From: Naegleria gruberi
Lineage: Eukaryota
NCBI GenBank assembly: GCA_000004985.1
Contig: GG738900.1
Direction: 5' to 3' (one strand)
Length of the DNA: 64,000 nucleotides
The position numbers and the translations under genes were made by a program. The notes under the pieces are model-generated. The model saw only the letters and a program-made list of their open reading frames with translations. It made no database searches and had not been told where the DNA came from. Shown in pieces: positions 33,658 to 45,860 of this stretch. Each line of letters begins with the position of its first letter. Within the stretch, counting starts at the first letter, position 1.

Positions 33658-36384
33658 TTAGAAAGCTTCATCAGACTTAGTTTCTTCATTCTTAGATGAC
33701 TTAAGAGCTTGAATTTCATCTTCAAGCTTCTTAATTCTGTCAAGGAACATCTTGTCAGCTTCTTGAACAGCCTTTTCAAGTTCAGACTTGAACTTGACAT
33801 AGTCTGCTCTTTGTTCAGAGTAAGCAGAACCTCTTAAAGCAGCTGCACGTTTCATGGCAGTAATCTTATCACTCAATTTCTGGAGTGCATTCAAACCACC
33901 GTTAACCTTATCGTATTTTTCTTTCAATTGAGCATTGAGTTCATCAAGAGAGGACTTGATAACTCCTTGAGAAACTGTTTCAGCATCCAATTCTGAGGCA
34001 ATTGTTTGAGCACTATCCTTTTTACCTTTAAGGGTGATATCTTGAGTATCAAGAGTATCCTTCAAAGCAGCAGTGTCAATTTCAAGAGAACGAGCAGCAT
34101 CAGACTTGTCATCCAAGAGCTTGTTAAGCTTTTCCTTTTCAATAGCACTGCTTTGCTTTTCATTAGTCTTTTCAGTAATTCTATCTCTGAGTCTAGCCAA
34201 TTCAGCCAAAATCTTTTCTTCTTCTTCTCTGAGTTCCTTAAGTTTGGCAACTCTCTTCTTGAGATCGTTGGAGAATGATTGAAGCTTGGAAGAAACATCT
34301 TGCTTGGCCTTCAAAAGTTTGGTCTTTTGGTTTTCAATCATTTGTTCGTATTTCTTGAGTTCGTCATCTCTTTCTTGTTGTTGTTTCTTCTTCAACATTT
34401 CAGCCTTTTCATCATCATCTTCTTCGAATTCAAGAATCTTGGACAAGAGTTCGTCCTTACTCTTTTCATAACTTTCCTTGAGACGTAATTGTTCCAAATA
34501 CTTCTTCTTGACAGATTCAGCAGCGTTAATAACTTCATTTTCAATTCTAGTAAGCTTTTTGTCAATGTTAGTGAGCTTCTTTTGTAATTCAGCAACTTCT
34601 TGAGTGTAAGCATCAACTTCAACGGTGAGAGCAGAAATCTCCTCACGAATTTTTTCGAGTTCGAGAAGCTTGGCCTTTTCTCTATCTTCAGAATCCTTTT
34701 GAATATCAGCAGCTGTGGACAAAATAACATCAAGTTCTTCGAGTCTCTTTTCTAATTGTTCTCTTTCCTTAACAGCCTTTTCTCTTTGTCTATTCTTAGC
34801 ATTGTAGGCAGACTTGGTTTGAGCCATAGCGTTTTCCAATTCGGCGATAGCAGCATTAATAGATTGCAATTCCATATTCAAATCCTTGATATTCTTTTCC
34901 TTATTGGCAACTTTATCTTCTGTTTCCTTGAGTTCTTGAAGACGTTCATTTAATGATTCAGAAATATTCTTCAATGCACCGAGTTGGGAATTGTAATCAT
35001 CAGCAAGAGCATCAATGTCTTCAAATTCATATTTGAGATTTTCAGTAAGATTTTGAACCTTAGCCTTATTATTTTGGAGTTCCAAGAACAAAGCTTCAAT
35101 TCTGTTCCATTGAGCAATACGCTTAACTAAAGAAGATGAGTTATCTTCTTGGTCATCAGCAATAAGACTTCTCAATTCATTTTCAGATTTTTGTGAATCA
35201 GACTCAGTGGTATCAACTGTAATTTCTTGCAAATCAGCAACAGTGGCAACAGCAGATTCAACCAATTCAGAGAATTCCTTCTTTCCATCAACTGGAGCTG
35301 GCTTTGTAGAAAGTTCTGGTTTGGTGTCCAAAACCCAAACATCATTGTAATTCTTCTTATTGAAAGAACCACCAAAGACAAAGATTTGGTGACCCTTAAC
35401 AACAGAACAGTGACCTCTACGAGCAGGAATCAAATCAGAGTTATCAATAGTAGTTTCGTCGAGCCACTTTTCTCTCTTGAGATCATAAACTTTAGTATCA
35501 TCAAGAGTTTGCTTGCTAGTCATACCACCATAAACAAATACCTTGTTATCCAAAATATTGGCAGTGTGGAAAGATCTCATTTTACCACCAACCTTTGTTG
35601 TAGTCCAGGAAAGCTTTGCAGTACCAGAGGTAAGTCCAGCACAAGTGGCTGGGAGTTCCAAAACATGAATGTCAGGGTTGTATTCTTCTTCACTCTTACT
35701 ACCACCAACAATATAAAGCTTACCATCATGGATGATGCTCTTGTGTCCTTGAACGTATGGACTTTCTGGAACAGAAATTGACTTCCATTCAGAAGAAGTA
35801 GTATTCAAGACGAATAGACCATTCTTAACAGATCCGTCAGTACCACCATAAACAATAATGCATTCACCAAAGGCAGAAGCAGAATGTGATTGAAGAGAAC
35901 CAGGCTTATCTCCGGTTGTGATAACCTTTCTCAAAATTTCACCTTGGACATCCAAAACATAAAGATCTTGGTTATAGTCGAATACGCCAGATCTACCACC
36001 AAAGACGTACATCTTGTCTCCAATGAGAGTCATAGAATGTCCAGCCAATGTTGGGATTTGTTTTAATTCAGCTTGTGGAGTTGAAATGGTTTCCACATTC
36101 AACTTTGACCAAGATCTATCGCTAATAGAATAACTAAAGAATGTATTGCTGAATGATGTCACTCCTGTTCTTCCACCAAAAACAATAATTCTCTTGCCAG
36201 ACTGATCCAATTCACAGGAGTGGAATGGTCTTTCCAATGGAGGTGATCCTCTTTTAATTTTAACTTGTTCCCATCTTCCTAAACTAACAGCCATGACACT
36301 GCTAATTGTTAAAGCTACAAGCATCAACAAAGCTAGTGAAGTCTTCAACAAGCCTTGTGCGCCTTTAATATTGAGTGGCGTCAT
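33658..36384 (-). CDS. Kelch-repeat (six blades) plus long coiled-coil protein with N-terminal signal-anchor
   Basis: An N-terminal hydrophobic segment SLALLMLVALTISSVMAV. Six kelch units with GG doublets and W (IIVFGGRTG, MYVFGGRSG, IIVYGGTDG, LYIVGGSKS, VFVYGGMTS, IFVFGGSFN). About 540 aa of heptad-rich Glu/Lys sequence follow. Architecture resembles fungal Tea1/Kel1. Confidence 0.7.
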   Translation of the reverse strand: MTPLNIKGAQGLLKTSLALLMLVALTISSVMAVSLGRWEQVKIKRGSPPLERPFHSCELDQSGKRIIVFGGRTGVTSFSNTFFSYSISDRSWSKLNVETISTPQAELKQIPTLAGHSMTLIGDKMYVFGGRSGVFDYNQDLYVLDVQGEILRKVITTGDKPGSLQSHSASAFGECIIVYGGTDGSVKNGLFVLNTTSSEWKSISVPESPYVQGHKSIIHDGKLYIVGGSKSEEEYNPDIHVLELPATCAGLTSGTAKLSWTTTKVGGKMRSFHTANILDNKVFVYGGMTSKQTLDDTKVYDLKREKWLDETTIDNSDLIPARRGHCSVVKGHQIFVFGGSFNKKNYNDVWVLDTKPELSTKPAPVDGKKEFSELVESAVATVADLQEITVDTTESDSQKSENELRSLIADDQEDNSSSLVKRIAQWNRIEALFLELQNNKAKVQNLTENLKYEFEDIDALADDYNSQLGALKNISESLNERLQELKETEDKVANKEKNIKDLNMELQSINAAIAELENAMAQTKSAYNAKNRQREKAVKEREQLEKRLEELDVILSTAADIQKDSEDREKAKLLELEKIREEISALTVEVDAYTQEVAELQKKLTNIDKKLTRIENEVINAAESVKKKYLEQLRLKESYEKSKDELLSKILEFEEDDDEKAEMLKKKQQQERDDELKKYEQMIENQKTKLLKAKQDVSSKLQSFSNDLKKRVAKLKELREEEEKILAELARLRDRITEKTNEKQSSAIEKEKLNKLLDDKSDAARSLEIDTAALKDTLDTQDITLKGKKDSAQTIASELDAETVSQGVIKSSLDELNAQLKEKYDKVNGGLNALQKLSDKITAMKRAAALRGSAYSEQRADYVKFKSELEKAVQEADKMFLDRIKKLEDEIQALKSSKNEETKSDEAF

Positions 36385-37104
36385 TTTTTTTTGTTTTAAT
36401 TTTTTATTATTTTTTGAAAATTACAATTTGCATTTGGCGGGGAACGTGTTTGTGTGAAGAAAACTCGGTTTGCCTTTAAAAGTTCAATTAAAGACAAATT
36501 TGTTGCTTTAGGTAGTTCTATATTGCAAATGCCATCATTTTCATTGTTAAGGTTTTAATTTTCATTTTTGTTCGCATTTTCATTGAACTTCAGTTGCGGA
36601 TTTGTGCTCAACAAAATTTTATCCTTCAAGTTTTGAATTTTAATGTTTGATAAAATTGGAATCCACTGAATGCTGTTTTTGATTTCCATTACTTTCCCTT
36701 TTCATGAAATGCCTTAGTAAAGACCATCCTTCTTATTAGTTTCTGAACAACAGCTGAATATCACTTGATAAATAATCTTTGGATAATTTCTAACCCATTC
36801 ATGGTTGATAATTATTAACAAGCATAGAAGAGAAATGATTAGGTTATCTTCATCACATTTTTCGGTATCTGCCATTCACCTTGTTAAATAAAACAATTAA
36901 AAAATTAAAGAAAACCACAACAAGCAACGTTTTCAAAAAATATTAATCCACAACAAAGCAAATATCTTGTAAAGTGGTATGAATGATGATTAATATTTGA
37001 CAAGCATATATCGGATTCTTCGGAGCGGACGACTAACAGGCGACTGACTACTGTTGTTTCATCTAACAATTAAGTTTGATTGGAAACAAATTTATGTTTG
37101 CTTT

Positions 37105-39161
37105 TTATTCTTGATTGTTGTCAAGTAGTGAAGAATGATTTGATTTTTCTTCGAGTAGTAATTCTGTAGAGTCTTCTGAGGGTTGTTTGGTTAACACGAG
37201 AGGACTCATTGCTACAGTACTAGAGCTAGGTTCAGAGCTTTCTGATTTTGATTGAGAATTGTTGGCAACATCTGTTGAGATGGTAAGGTTTTTGACCTTC
37301 TCTGGTGTTTTCACTTCTGCAGTGGTGGAAGCTCGTGGTGTTGTCAATGTGAGGACTGGATGATCTGTTGTGATAGTATTATTATTGGATGATGTGGTGG
37401 TGTGCTTTTCAGGTGCCTTACTTGTATTGGCACTTGCAGCTGTCGTTGAGGTTTGCTTTGTGTTGTTTGTCGATGAGGCATTAGTTGTACTATTGGATGA
37501 AGATGTTGTTGTGGTAGTAGATGATGCTGTTTGTCTTGGTGTGGCCACTGATTTCTGAACTTCCTTCTTATTTTCTGGAATTCTACCTCTGAATGATGTG
37601 AACAATTCTTCATCTTCATCATCATCAGTTAGGGCTTTGGAATTGAGTGATTTTTGAGATTTCATAAACGAGACGAAATCCACTTCTTCCTCTCCTTTTT
37701 TCTTTTTTGAATGTTCTTCCTTCTTTCTATCATCCAAGTATGGATGCTTAAAGGTCAAGTGATATTGTTTGAATAGATTTTCAATCTTTTCATGTTTGTA
37801 ATCCATATCTGAATCAATGAGGACAAAGTACATTTTACCCTCTCTTTCGTCTCTCTTTCTTCTCACTAAATAGTGATAAGTCTTTCTATTTGAATTCATT
37901 AACAAACTGTCAAAGTATCCAAAAGTATCTCCACCATCTTCTACTACTGATACATAAAAAGAACCCGGTTCATTTTCTGCAAATCTTGTAATGTATGTAC
38001 CTGGTTCTTGACCATCCAATAAATTTTGTGCTTCAATTGATGACATACTTCCCCAGAAATGTTTCATATCCAAAATTGTGTTGAGAATTGGAAAAAATTG
38101 AGTTGAGAATGGTCCAAACCATTTCAAAGTTGTTTTAAAATCAATCATGGAAACAACATTATCACATGTTGGATCTATAATGTACGATATTTCATCTACC
38201 CAATTTTTCTTTGTTCTGACGTTAAAATCAAAGAATGTATCCAATGTATCAAGGAAACTATCCTTGCTCACAGAGAATATATTTCCACCAATGTTATTCT
38301 TCCAAAATTCTGCACCGAATTCATCCAAAATAGTTTCATTTGTAGTATTCAGTTGAGATTGTGTAGAGGAATCAGAATAATCCAATCCCTGTAATTCAGC
38401 ATCGTGAATGAAGGACACCAATTTCTTGTAACCAATCATTTCTTCCAAATGATGACTTGTCAAAATTTCACATTCATCCTTAATTTCGAAATATCTCTAA
38501 ACAATTATTAGAATCAATTAATATCAAATGCACAAACCTGTTTGTTATCAATATTTGACCAATCATAACCCATAGATGAAAGATTAGCATTAGAAGATGA
38601 ATTAGACATGGTTCCAGTTACAGAACTTGAACGTTTCAAACTTCTTCTGGCGTTTGCTTCAGAAATTGCAACCAAATCTTCCAAATTCTTTTTAGTTTGT
38701 TGCAAATGATTAATAATATTCTCAGTCATGACATCAAATGCCTGTTTATATCCACTCACTGTGCTTCTTGCTCCCAACAAGATATTATTATTGTTCTTTC
38801 CTGTTAGTGAGAATAATATTTGTGTGTTCTGTTTGGAAAAATTATTCGAAATGTCATCATAATATTTTACAATCTCCTCAATGTTTTTAACTGGTATTGT
38901 GAATCCTTCCAATACTCCACTTGGCGGTTTGATAATACTCAACAAATTATTACAAGTGATTCGGAACATGTTTGTATCGATGGTTCCTGCTCCTGCATTA
39001 CCAGAAATTAATAAACTGGCACTTCCACCAAGGATCATTCCTGATTGTTTGTTGTAGGGAAGTAATTCTACAAGTCCATGAGAGGCCTGACTCATATTAA
39101 AGTGTGTTCCTGGTAAATTGGTGACGAGTTGTTGCTTGTCACTTGATTGTTCTTGTCCCAT
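37105..39161 (-). CDS. N-myristoylated SH2-domain protein with STAT/Cbl-type SH2 and Thr/Ser-rich tail; exons 38538-39161 and 37105-38496 (41-nt intron)
   Basis: N-terminus MGQEQS (Gly2/Ser6 myristoylation consensus). The SH2 core FWGSMSSIEAQNLLDGQEPGTYITRFAENEPGSFYVSVV resembles STAT (PGTFLLRFSES) and Cbl TKB (PGSYIFRLS). The downstream ORF starts at TTG and is in frame with the upstream exon after removing gtttgtgcatttgatattaattgattctaataattgtttag. Confidence 0.68.
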
Positions 39162-39273
39162 TTTTTGATTGATAGGTTTTCAATTAATTTGTTATGTTCT
39201 ACTAACAACTATTGAAAACAAGAATGATAAAGTATTATCTGAGTAATAATTGATAAATTACAAAATGTGTTTA

Positions 39274-40205
39274 TTATTCAGTAACTGTCTTGGCAGTATT
39301 ATTAACATTGAGCAAAGTTGGTGTGAAAGAAGTTTGTGGTTGATATGCACTAAAAGCAGATTGATAAGAACCCATTCCACTTGCACGTAAACCACCTCCG
39401 ATACCAGTAGATGGTGATGATGATGGTGTTGGTTTGGCAGTTGTTGCTCCTCCAAAAAGTGATCCTGAATAACTCTTCTTTCCTGTAGTAAATGGAAGAT
39501 ATCTATGTTTAATCATGTGTCTGATTTGTTTTCTCAAAGTAACAGCCAACAAAATGATCCAATATCCCAACAAAATAGGCCAGTAAACTGGAATGTCCAA
39601 AATTCTTGTAGATGATAACAAGAGAGAAATTACAACACCCTTTGTTAATGAGTACCAGAATTTAAACTCTGGAAGACGACGAACAAAAGGCTTTACATCA
39701 TCAGCATCTTGTTTTGGTTGTCCAAACAATCCACCAGAGGCAAAATTACGTCCAACAGAGGTACTTGGAAGGGTTGCACTTCCAAGATTTGCTTCCTCGT
39801 CTTCTTCATCTTCATCGTCGTCTTCTTCAGGTCTAAACTTTGGTGAAATGAAGGCAATAAACAAATTGATTACATAAATTCCCAATCCATAACAAATTAT
39901 GTACCATCCATGGAAATATATAACTCTAAACAAGAATAAGAAGAAGAGGAAACCTAACACCGACCAACGGAGTGTCTTCTTTCCATTCAATCTAATCATC
40001 ATCAAATACACACAAATTATTTAATCATCAAATCCACACAAATTCCGCATAAAAATTATTATTAATTCGATCATCAAACAATCACTTGGTATTTAACAAG
40101 AAGAAAACAAATCTTGATTACGCACCTATCCAAAAAACTTTGATACTTCATTCCAAATGAACGGAATGATCCTCCTCCAATACTGCTCTCGCTTTCCAAG
40201 TCCAT
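39274..40205 (-). CDS. RER1: Rer1 (retrieval to ER protein 1); exons 40126-40205 and 39274-40010 (115-nt intron)
   Basis: WSVLGFLFFLFLFRVIYFHGWYIICYGLGIYVINLFIAFISPK and RRLPEFKFWYS...DIPVYWPILLGYWI...RKQIRHMIKHRYLPF match Rer1 throughout. Exon 1 (MDLESESSIGGGSFRSFGMKYQSFLD) splices in frame to RLNGKKTLRW. Confidence 0.85.
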
Positions 40206-40392
40206 TTTTTTAAGAGAATGTAATAACTTTAAACGTGTACACAGATTTCCTCTTTGCTTACATCATCAACATAAAAGCAACAATAATGGATTGAATTGTC
40301 CTCTCTCAACATTCGACATGAATTGTAATGCTTCAATGTCATCTCATTCTAAAAATACAACCATACCATGAAATAAAGTTAAAAAAAACGAC

Positions 40393-40947
40393 TTGATGAC
40401 AAGAAGCCACAGAAAAATTGGTGTATTTGAATATGATAGCGACGAATTTGCAACAACAGAGGAAAGAAAAGAATCAAGAAAAGCCTTCAGAAAGAATGTG
40501 AGGAATGTTTTTGGTCAAACAGGAAAAGCAGTTGTGGTGGATTTAGATGTTCCTAAACGTTCTAAAAGAAGATGGAATAAAGGAACGTTTACGGAAAGTC
40601 AAATGATGAATTCATTGGATCTAGCTCAAAAATTCAGAGAATTGGATGAATTTGAACAAGTACAAGAGGAATGCAAAGAAAATTTGAAACAAAAGGTTAG
40701 ATCTAAAATGTTTGAGGAGTTTTGTGAAAGGAAATCACCAAAAGTTGTAAAAAGGATATTGAAAAAATTGGAAAGAGAAGGGAAGGATACAATTTATGAT
40801 GACATGAGCACTGACAGTGAAACTGAAAGACAAGTCGAAAGATGGGTTCAAGATAACATTAATTCTGATATTAAAGAAACTAGGAAATATATTGAAAATG
40901 AAAGTCTCAACTCATTTTCACTATTCAGACAAAGAAAGCAAAAGTAA
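40393..40947 (+). CDS. Hypothetical highly charged (Lys/Glu-rich) protein
   Basis: 184-aa ORF with no recognised domain. Likely helical. Confidence 0.4.
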   Translation: MMTRSHRKIGVFEYDSDEFATTEERKESRKAFRKNVRNVFGQTGKAVVVDLDVPKRSKRRWNKGTFTESQMMNSLDLAQKFRELDEFEQVQEECKENLKQKVRSKMFEEFCERKSPKVVKRILKKLEREGKDTIYDDMSTDSETERQVERWVQDNINSDIKETRKYIENESLNSFSLFRQRKQK

Positions 40948-41491
40948 AATTAGTAATTTTTTATTTTTTTAAATTTCAAAAACCATAACAAAAATACCTT
41001 TTCTACATATTCCCAAAAAGAGGATGTACTGTAAAAGCAGATGAAGGATTGCAAATTATTTTGCAAACGAAATGATGATAACTTATGGCTGTCATAGTGA
41101 TGGGTTGGAGATGTCGACTGAACACCTTCATCAATCCTCTCATTACACAGAACGAACTTTCCATAGCAGTGTGTTTCTTAACCGGAATGACTTCTGAACT
41201 CTTTTTTAACATAACAGATTAATATCTCACAATCTTTATAATGGTTATGGTTGGACATTTGAGATCAACCAACTACCTCTAACTGCTGTATTGAAAACCT
41301 TAACATTGTTTTGACTCCAAATTTTTTAACTATCTCTCAAACCAATTAAAAAATATTAATCAATACACTAAGTGATCAATTCATTGATTCATTAGCCTCA
41401 ATTAACAAACCAGCCCACCCAGATTGATCAGTTTCCTGAAAGTTTTGAAAAATTCTATTAAGACAATTCACTCTTCCAAATTAGAGAAAAA

Positions 41492-44191
41492 ATGAGTACA
41501 ACTGCTGTTGGTCAGCAGAATCAACAGCAGGAGCAACAACAATCACAACAACAACGTTCTTCTACGCCTCCTCCCTTAATAATGCCAACGTTATCACTCT
41601 CACCGAGGCATTCATCACAACCGAATGGTTTGCAGCCATTTTCGATAGTGGTACAACGAGCGCAACCATCACCCTTATCTTCATCGTTATCAAGTATTCA
41701 GGAGCATCTCTTCTTTGTTAATAATCATAGTAATGTTCATGCGAATATAAATCTAGGTGGAGCAGAGAATGGTGTTCAGCTACAGCTGGTACAACCCTTA
41801 AACTCTGATAATAATAATATTCAAGTGGTTTGTAGATTCAGACCAATGAATGATATGGAAAAAACACAATCGGAAAAACCAATTGTTGAATTTGGAGAAA
41901 ACCAAAATTGTACTATAAAAGTAAATATCATCATACGAAAATACTTATTTACTAATTAATTAATTTAGACTAGGAGATCTGTACATAATTTTACATTTGA
42001 TAGAATTTTCAACTCTGAAACAAGGCAAGAAGACATTTTTAATGTGGTAGGAAAACCAGTGGTTGAAGGTAAGTATTCTATTAAGTAATATTTAGAATTG
42101 TTAACAATATCAGATGTTTGCAAGGGATATAATGTAAGTATGAGAAGATATTCAAATTAAAACAATCGAAATTAATAATAGGGAACTATTTTTGCTTACG
42201 GTCAAACTGGTTCAGGTTAGTATTCAATTGATTTCAACAATTTATTTAATATTATTTTAGGCAAAACATTTACAATGATGGGAGCTGGAGACTCGATATT
42301 AGGTTATTCAGAACATCCAGAATTTAAAGGTGTGATCCCAAGATCTATTGATTATTTGTTTAGATATTTAGAAAGTAATTCTGAAATCAAGTTTGCTGTC
42401 TCAATGTGTTTCGTTGAGATTTATATGGAAAGAATTAAGGATTTACTCGATCGTAAGTACTCTTTATCAATCAGTGCTTATCAATTTCAATAGCAAGCAA
42501 AAAGAATTTAAAAATTGAAAAGCGAGAACCAAGAGGAATTATTGTTAGTGGAGCAAGAGAGGAGAGAGTAACAAGTGCAAGAGAAATTTATCAATTATTA
42601 AAAATTGGAGCTTCAAACAGAGCTATTGCAGCAACAAGTAAGTAGGATGAATTTCTCCATTTCTCAAAATATAAAGAAATGAACGAGGAAAGTTCAAGAT
42701 CTCATACAATACTAATTGTAATGGTTAGTCAGAAAAATATTACAACCTCAGAAACCAAGTTTGGTAAACTGATTCTTGTCGATTTGGCAGGTAGCGAAAA
42801 AGTTAAAAAAACAGGGGCTAGTGGTTCAACTCTGGAGGAAGCAAAGCAGATCAACAAATCGTTATCTGCACTAGGAATGGTTATTACAGCTTTAACAGAC
42901 GGAAATGTAAGTCCACTCATGTTAGCATTAAATGTTCATTTCAACCAAGTCAAAACATGTACCATATAGAGATTCAAAACTCACAAGATTACTTCAAGAT
43001 TCATTGGGTGGTAACTCAAGAACAACTCTTGTGATAAATTGTTCGTTCAGCTCATTCAATGAGGAGGAAACTTTGTCTACATTGAGGTTCGGTGAAAGAG
43101 CAAAGAAAATCAAAAATAAGGCAAAGGTCAACAGAGAGCTGACTGCCAAAGAGTTGAAGCAAATGTTAGAAAAGGCGAAAGAAGAGGTTAACGAACTTAG
43201 AGATATTATAACAGGACTGAGAAATAAGCAAATTGAAGAATCAAGAAAGTTTGATGAGGAATTATTAGAAAATTCTCATATCAAACAAGAAATTGAAGTT
43301 GTTACAAAAGAAAAGGAAAAACTGAAGGAAATCATAGAGGAAATGAATGAGATTACTGTCAAACAAAGTACAAAAACTTCTAGACATAGATCCATTTCCA
43401 TATCGAGTTCTCAAAAACTTTTTAATCCAAGAAGACTGTCAATGTTCGTTTCCAGATCTGCAACTTTGTTCGAGAGTGGTGGAGACTCTCCAATGAGTGC
43501 TTGCACTGCAAACGATACGAGCGAAGCAATCTTTGATCAAACAGGGTCAGAAACCTCATCGATAGGTGATGACGAAGGAACAGACTATGCTGAGCTTTTT
43601 GAAAAAATGGAAGTTGAACGAGAAAAGACAGAATCAAAGAATAAGGCCCTACAATCTCAAGTCTCGAGTCTTACAGCTGACAATTTTGATATTGAACAGA
43701 AAAATAAGGAACTGAAAGAGCAGGTGAGAATTCTGGAGGAAATAAATAAGGAAATGGAACAGGAACATATTAGAATGCAAGAAGAGCTATTACTTAAACA
43801 AAAATCTCTAGATTCTCTGGAAGAAGATTTGAAAAAGTCCAAAAAAAACGAAACCAAATGGAAGAAGGAAACAATGGAACTAAGCGAAGTATTCAACAAA
43901 ACTGTGCAAAGCAAAGTCCGAGAGTCTGTCAGAAATCAAAATAGTTTATCTGGAAATAATAAGGTTGTGGAAATGCTGACGTTAGAAATCAAAGCTCTCA
44001 CAAGTCAGGTGTCCTTCTTCGATGTGGCTACCAGAAGTGCTTTCCGAGAGAAGTTTGGAACATTGGCTTACTCAATCTCAAAGAGTGGCGTTGTAAAACC
44101 AGAAGAAATTTTCCCTATTAACAATACTGGAGCAGCTTCTCCAAATTCCAAAGAAAGAGTATTCACTATTAATTCAAGTTTAAAACAGTAA
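41492..44191 (+). CDS. Kinesin-1 heavy chain-like motor protein, about 797 aa; exons 41492-41920, 41969-42068, 42114-42133, 42182-42215, 42261-42452, 42494-42637, 42677-42906, 42950-44191
   Basis: A Gln-rich N-terminus is followed by [36 protein letters not shown] (split over three exons including a 20-nt microexon), [20 protein letters not shown] and [21 protein letters not shown] long coiled-coil stalk follows. The seven introns are 43-48 nt. Total CDS length is 2391 nt, which is in frame. Confidence 0.88.
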
Positions 44192-44218
44192 TAATTTTAC
44201 AATGTATAATATATTAAA

Positions 44219-45860
44219 TTAATTATTGGTAGTAGTGGTTGGTGGTTCAGCAAATTCAACTTTTTTAGGAGAGGTTGGGCTAGATGTTTCTGTTTTAGCA
44301 GCTTTCAATAAAAGTGATTTGAACTTATTTTCCTCGCTCTGTTCTTGTAACATTTTGAATGTTCGTTCTTGTTCTTCGAGAGAAGCTTTGGCTTGTTGAG
44401 CTGCTCTCTTCATTCTACTCTTCATCTTAACAATAAGCAAAAGTCTACTCTTACTATCATCAGCAGTTGGAGTTGGTAACTCTTCAACTGTTGAAGATGG
44501 TGTACGTGGTGTTTCTGGAATAGTTTCAGCTTCATAGGTTGCATTCATCCAAGCATGATCTTTAAAGTTTTCTAAAGTGATTCTTGTTTCTGGATTCTTG
44601 TCTAACACCTTATTCAGTAAATCTTTGAGTAAATCATCTTGATCGAATGGTGCTAACATTTTAAAATCGTCATGTTGAATGCTTGTATAAATTTGCATAT
44701 ACGAATCGCCTTGGAATGGAGTAATATTATAGAGAAGAGCAAACAAAGTAACACCTAATGCCCAAATATCACTCTTGAAACCACTATACGTTTCACCTTT
44801 ACAGGCCTCTGGTGATAAGAATGCTGGAGTGCCTGCAGATCCCTTTACTGTATCATCATTACCTTCACAAATGTGACTCACACCAAAATCAGAAACCTTT
44901 ATATTCAGCGAACCGTCGAGAAGTATATTTTCAGGTTTAATATCTCTGTGGCAAATACCTTGAGAGCTGAGAAGATGTTTAGTTTGAAAATTTTTGAAAT
45001 TTGATTACTTACTGAAGATACTGAACTCCTTCAATAGCTTGTTTCAAATATGATCTAATTTGATTGAGTCTGAATTTACAAGGTTTTGGAACTTCTTCTC
45101 CAGTGTTAGTTTCTGACATGGATAAAATTGCTCCGTTTTCTGCATATTCGATTAATAAATAAAGGAAATCAGAATTTCTATCATCAATAACCTCGAATAA
45201 TCTAACTACGTTTTGATGAGAAAGTTTTTTCATAATTGCAATTTCTCTTTGAACGTCCATTAGCAAGTTTCCACCACCAGCTTTTTTAACTCTTTTCAAC
45301 ATGGCCTTGTTCATAATTTTCATCGCAAAAGGTTTGTTATTATTATCCAAAACTAATTTAACTTTTCCGTATGATCCCTTTCCCAATGTAGAGATAACTG
45401 TATATTCGTTAATCATCTTATTACCTTCTTCGTCAGAGCTCAAAAGTAGTGAATTTGTGAGTTTGGTAACTGAATCATTGGTTGATCCAAATATTGGTGA
45501 ATAAGCGTCCTCACTCGGAGAGTCTTTTCCAAGAGATGATCCTATTTGCAATCTTCCCGAACTACTTCTGTTTGGAGAATGAGGAGAGGCATTATTTTTC
45601 ATACCCTTGTTGACATACATTTTAGAGAATGCATCATCTTCGTTATCTTCTCTTCTACTTGAAAAAAGGTTAGAAACTGGAAGTGTTGAACTTCTTGATC
45701 TCTTTTCTGTTGTTGTAGGTGTTGGTGTTGAACTTGTTACGGTCAGTGAAGTGTCTATAGTTACAAGTCCGTCTCTTTTTTCAAATACACTTTTGCTGGA
45801 TCGTTTTTGACGAGTTTCATTGGATATACCACTATCGTCCTTCGTTGCTATGATTCCCAT
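44219..45860 (-). CDS. CaMKK-like serine/threonine protein kinase (CaMKK/Sak1/Ssp1 family); exons 45013-45860 and 44219-44966 (46-nt intron)
   Basis: TLGKGSYGKVKLV...FAMKIM, then YLH|SQGICHRDIKPENILL across the GTAAGT..CTCAG intron, DFGVSHICEGND, GTPAFLSPE and LLNKVLDKNPETRIT. These track the CaMKK catalytic domain. The N-terminus MGIIAT is compatible with myristoylation. Confidence 0.75.

Noticed and set aside
36990-37060. GC-rich stretch cggagcggacgactaacaggcgactgactact as candidate snRNA
   Set aside because: It lies in the immediate 3' flank of the SH2 gene, is short, and shows no match to snRNA consensus boxes. It is probably 3' UTR.
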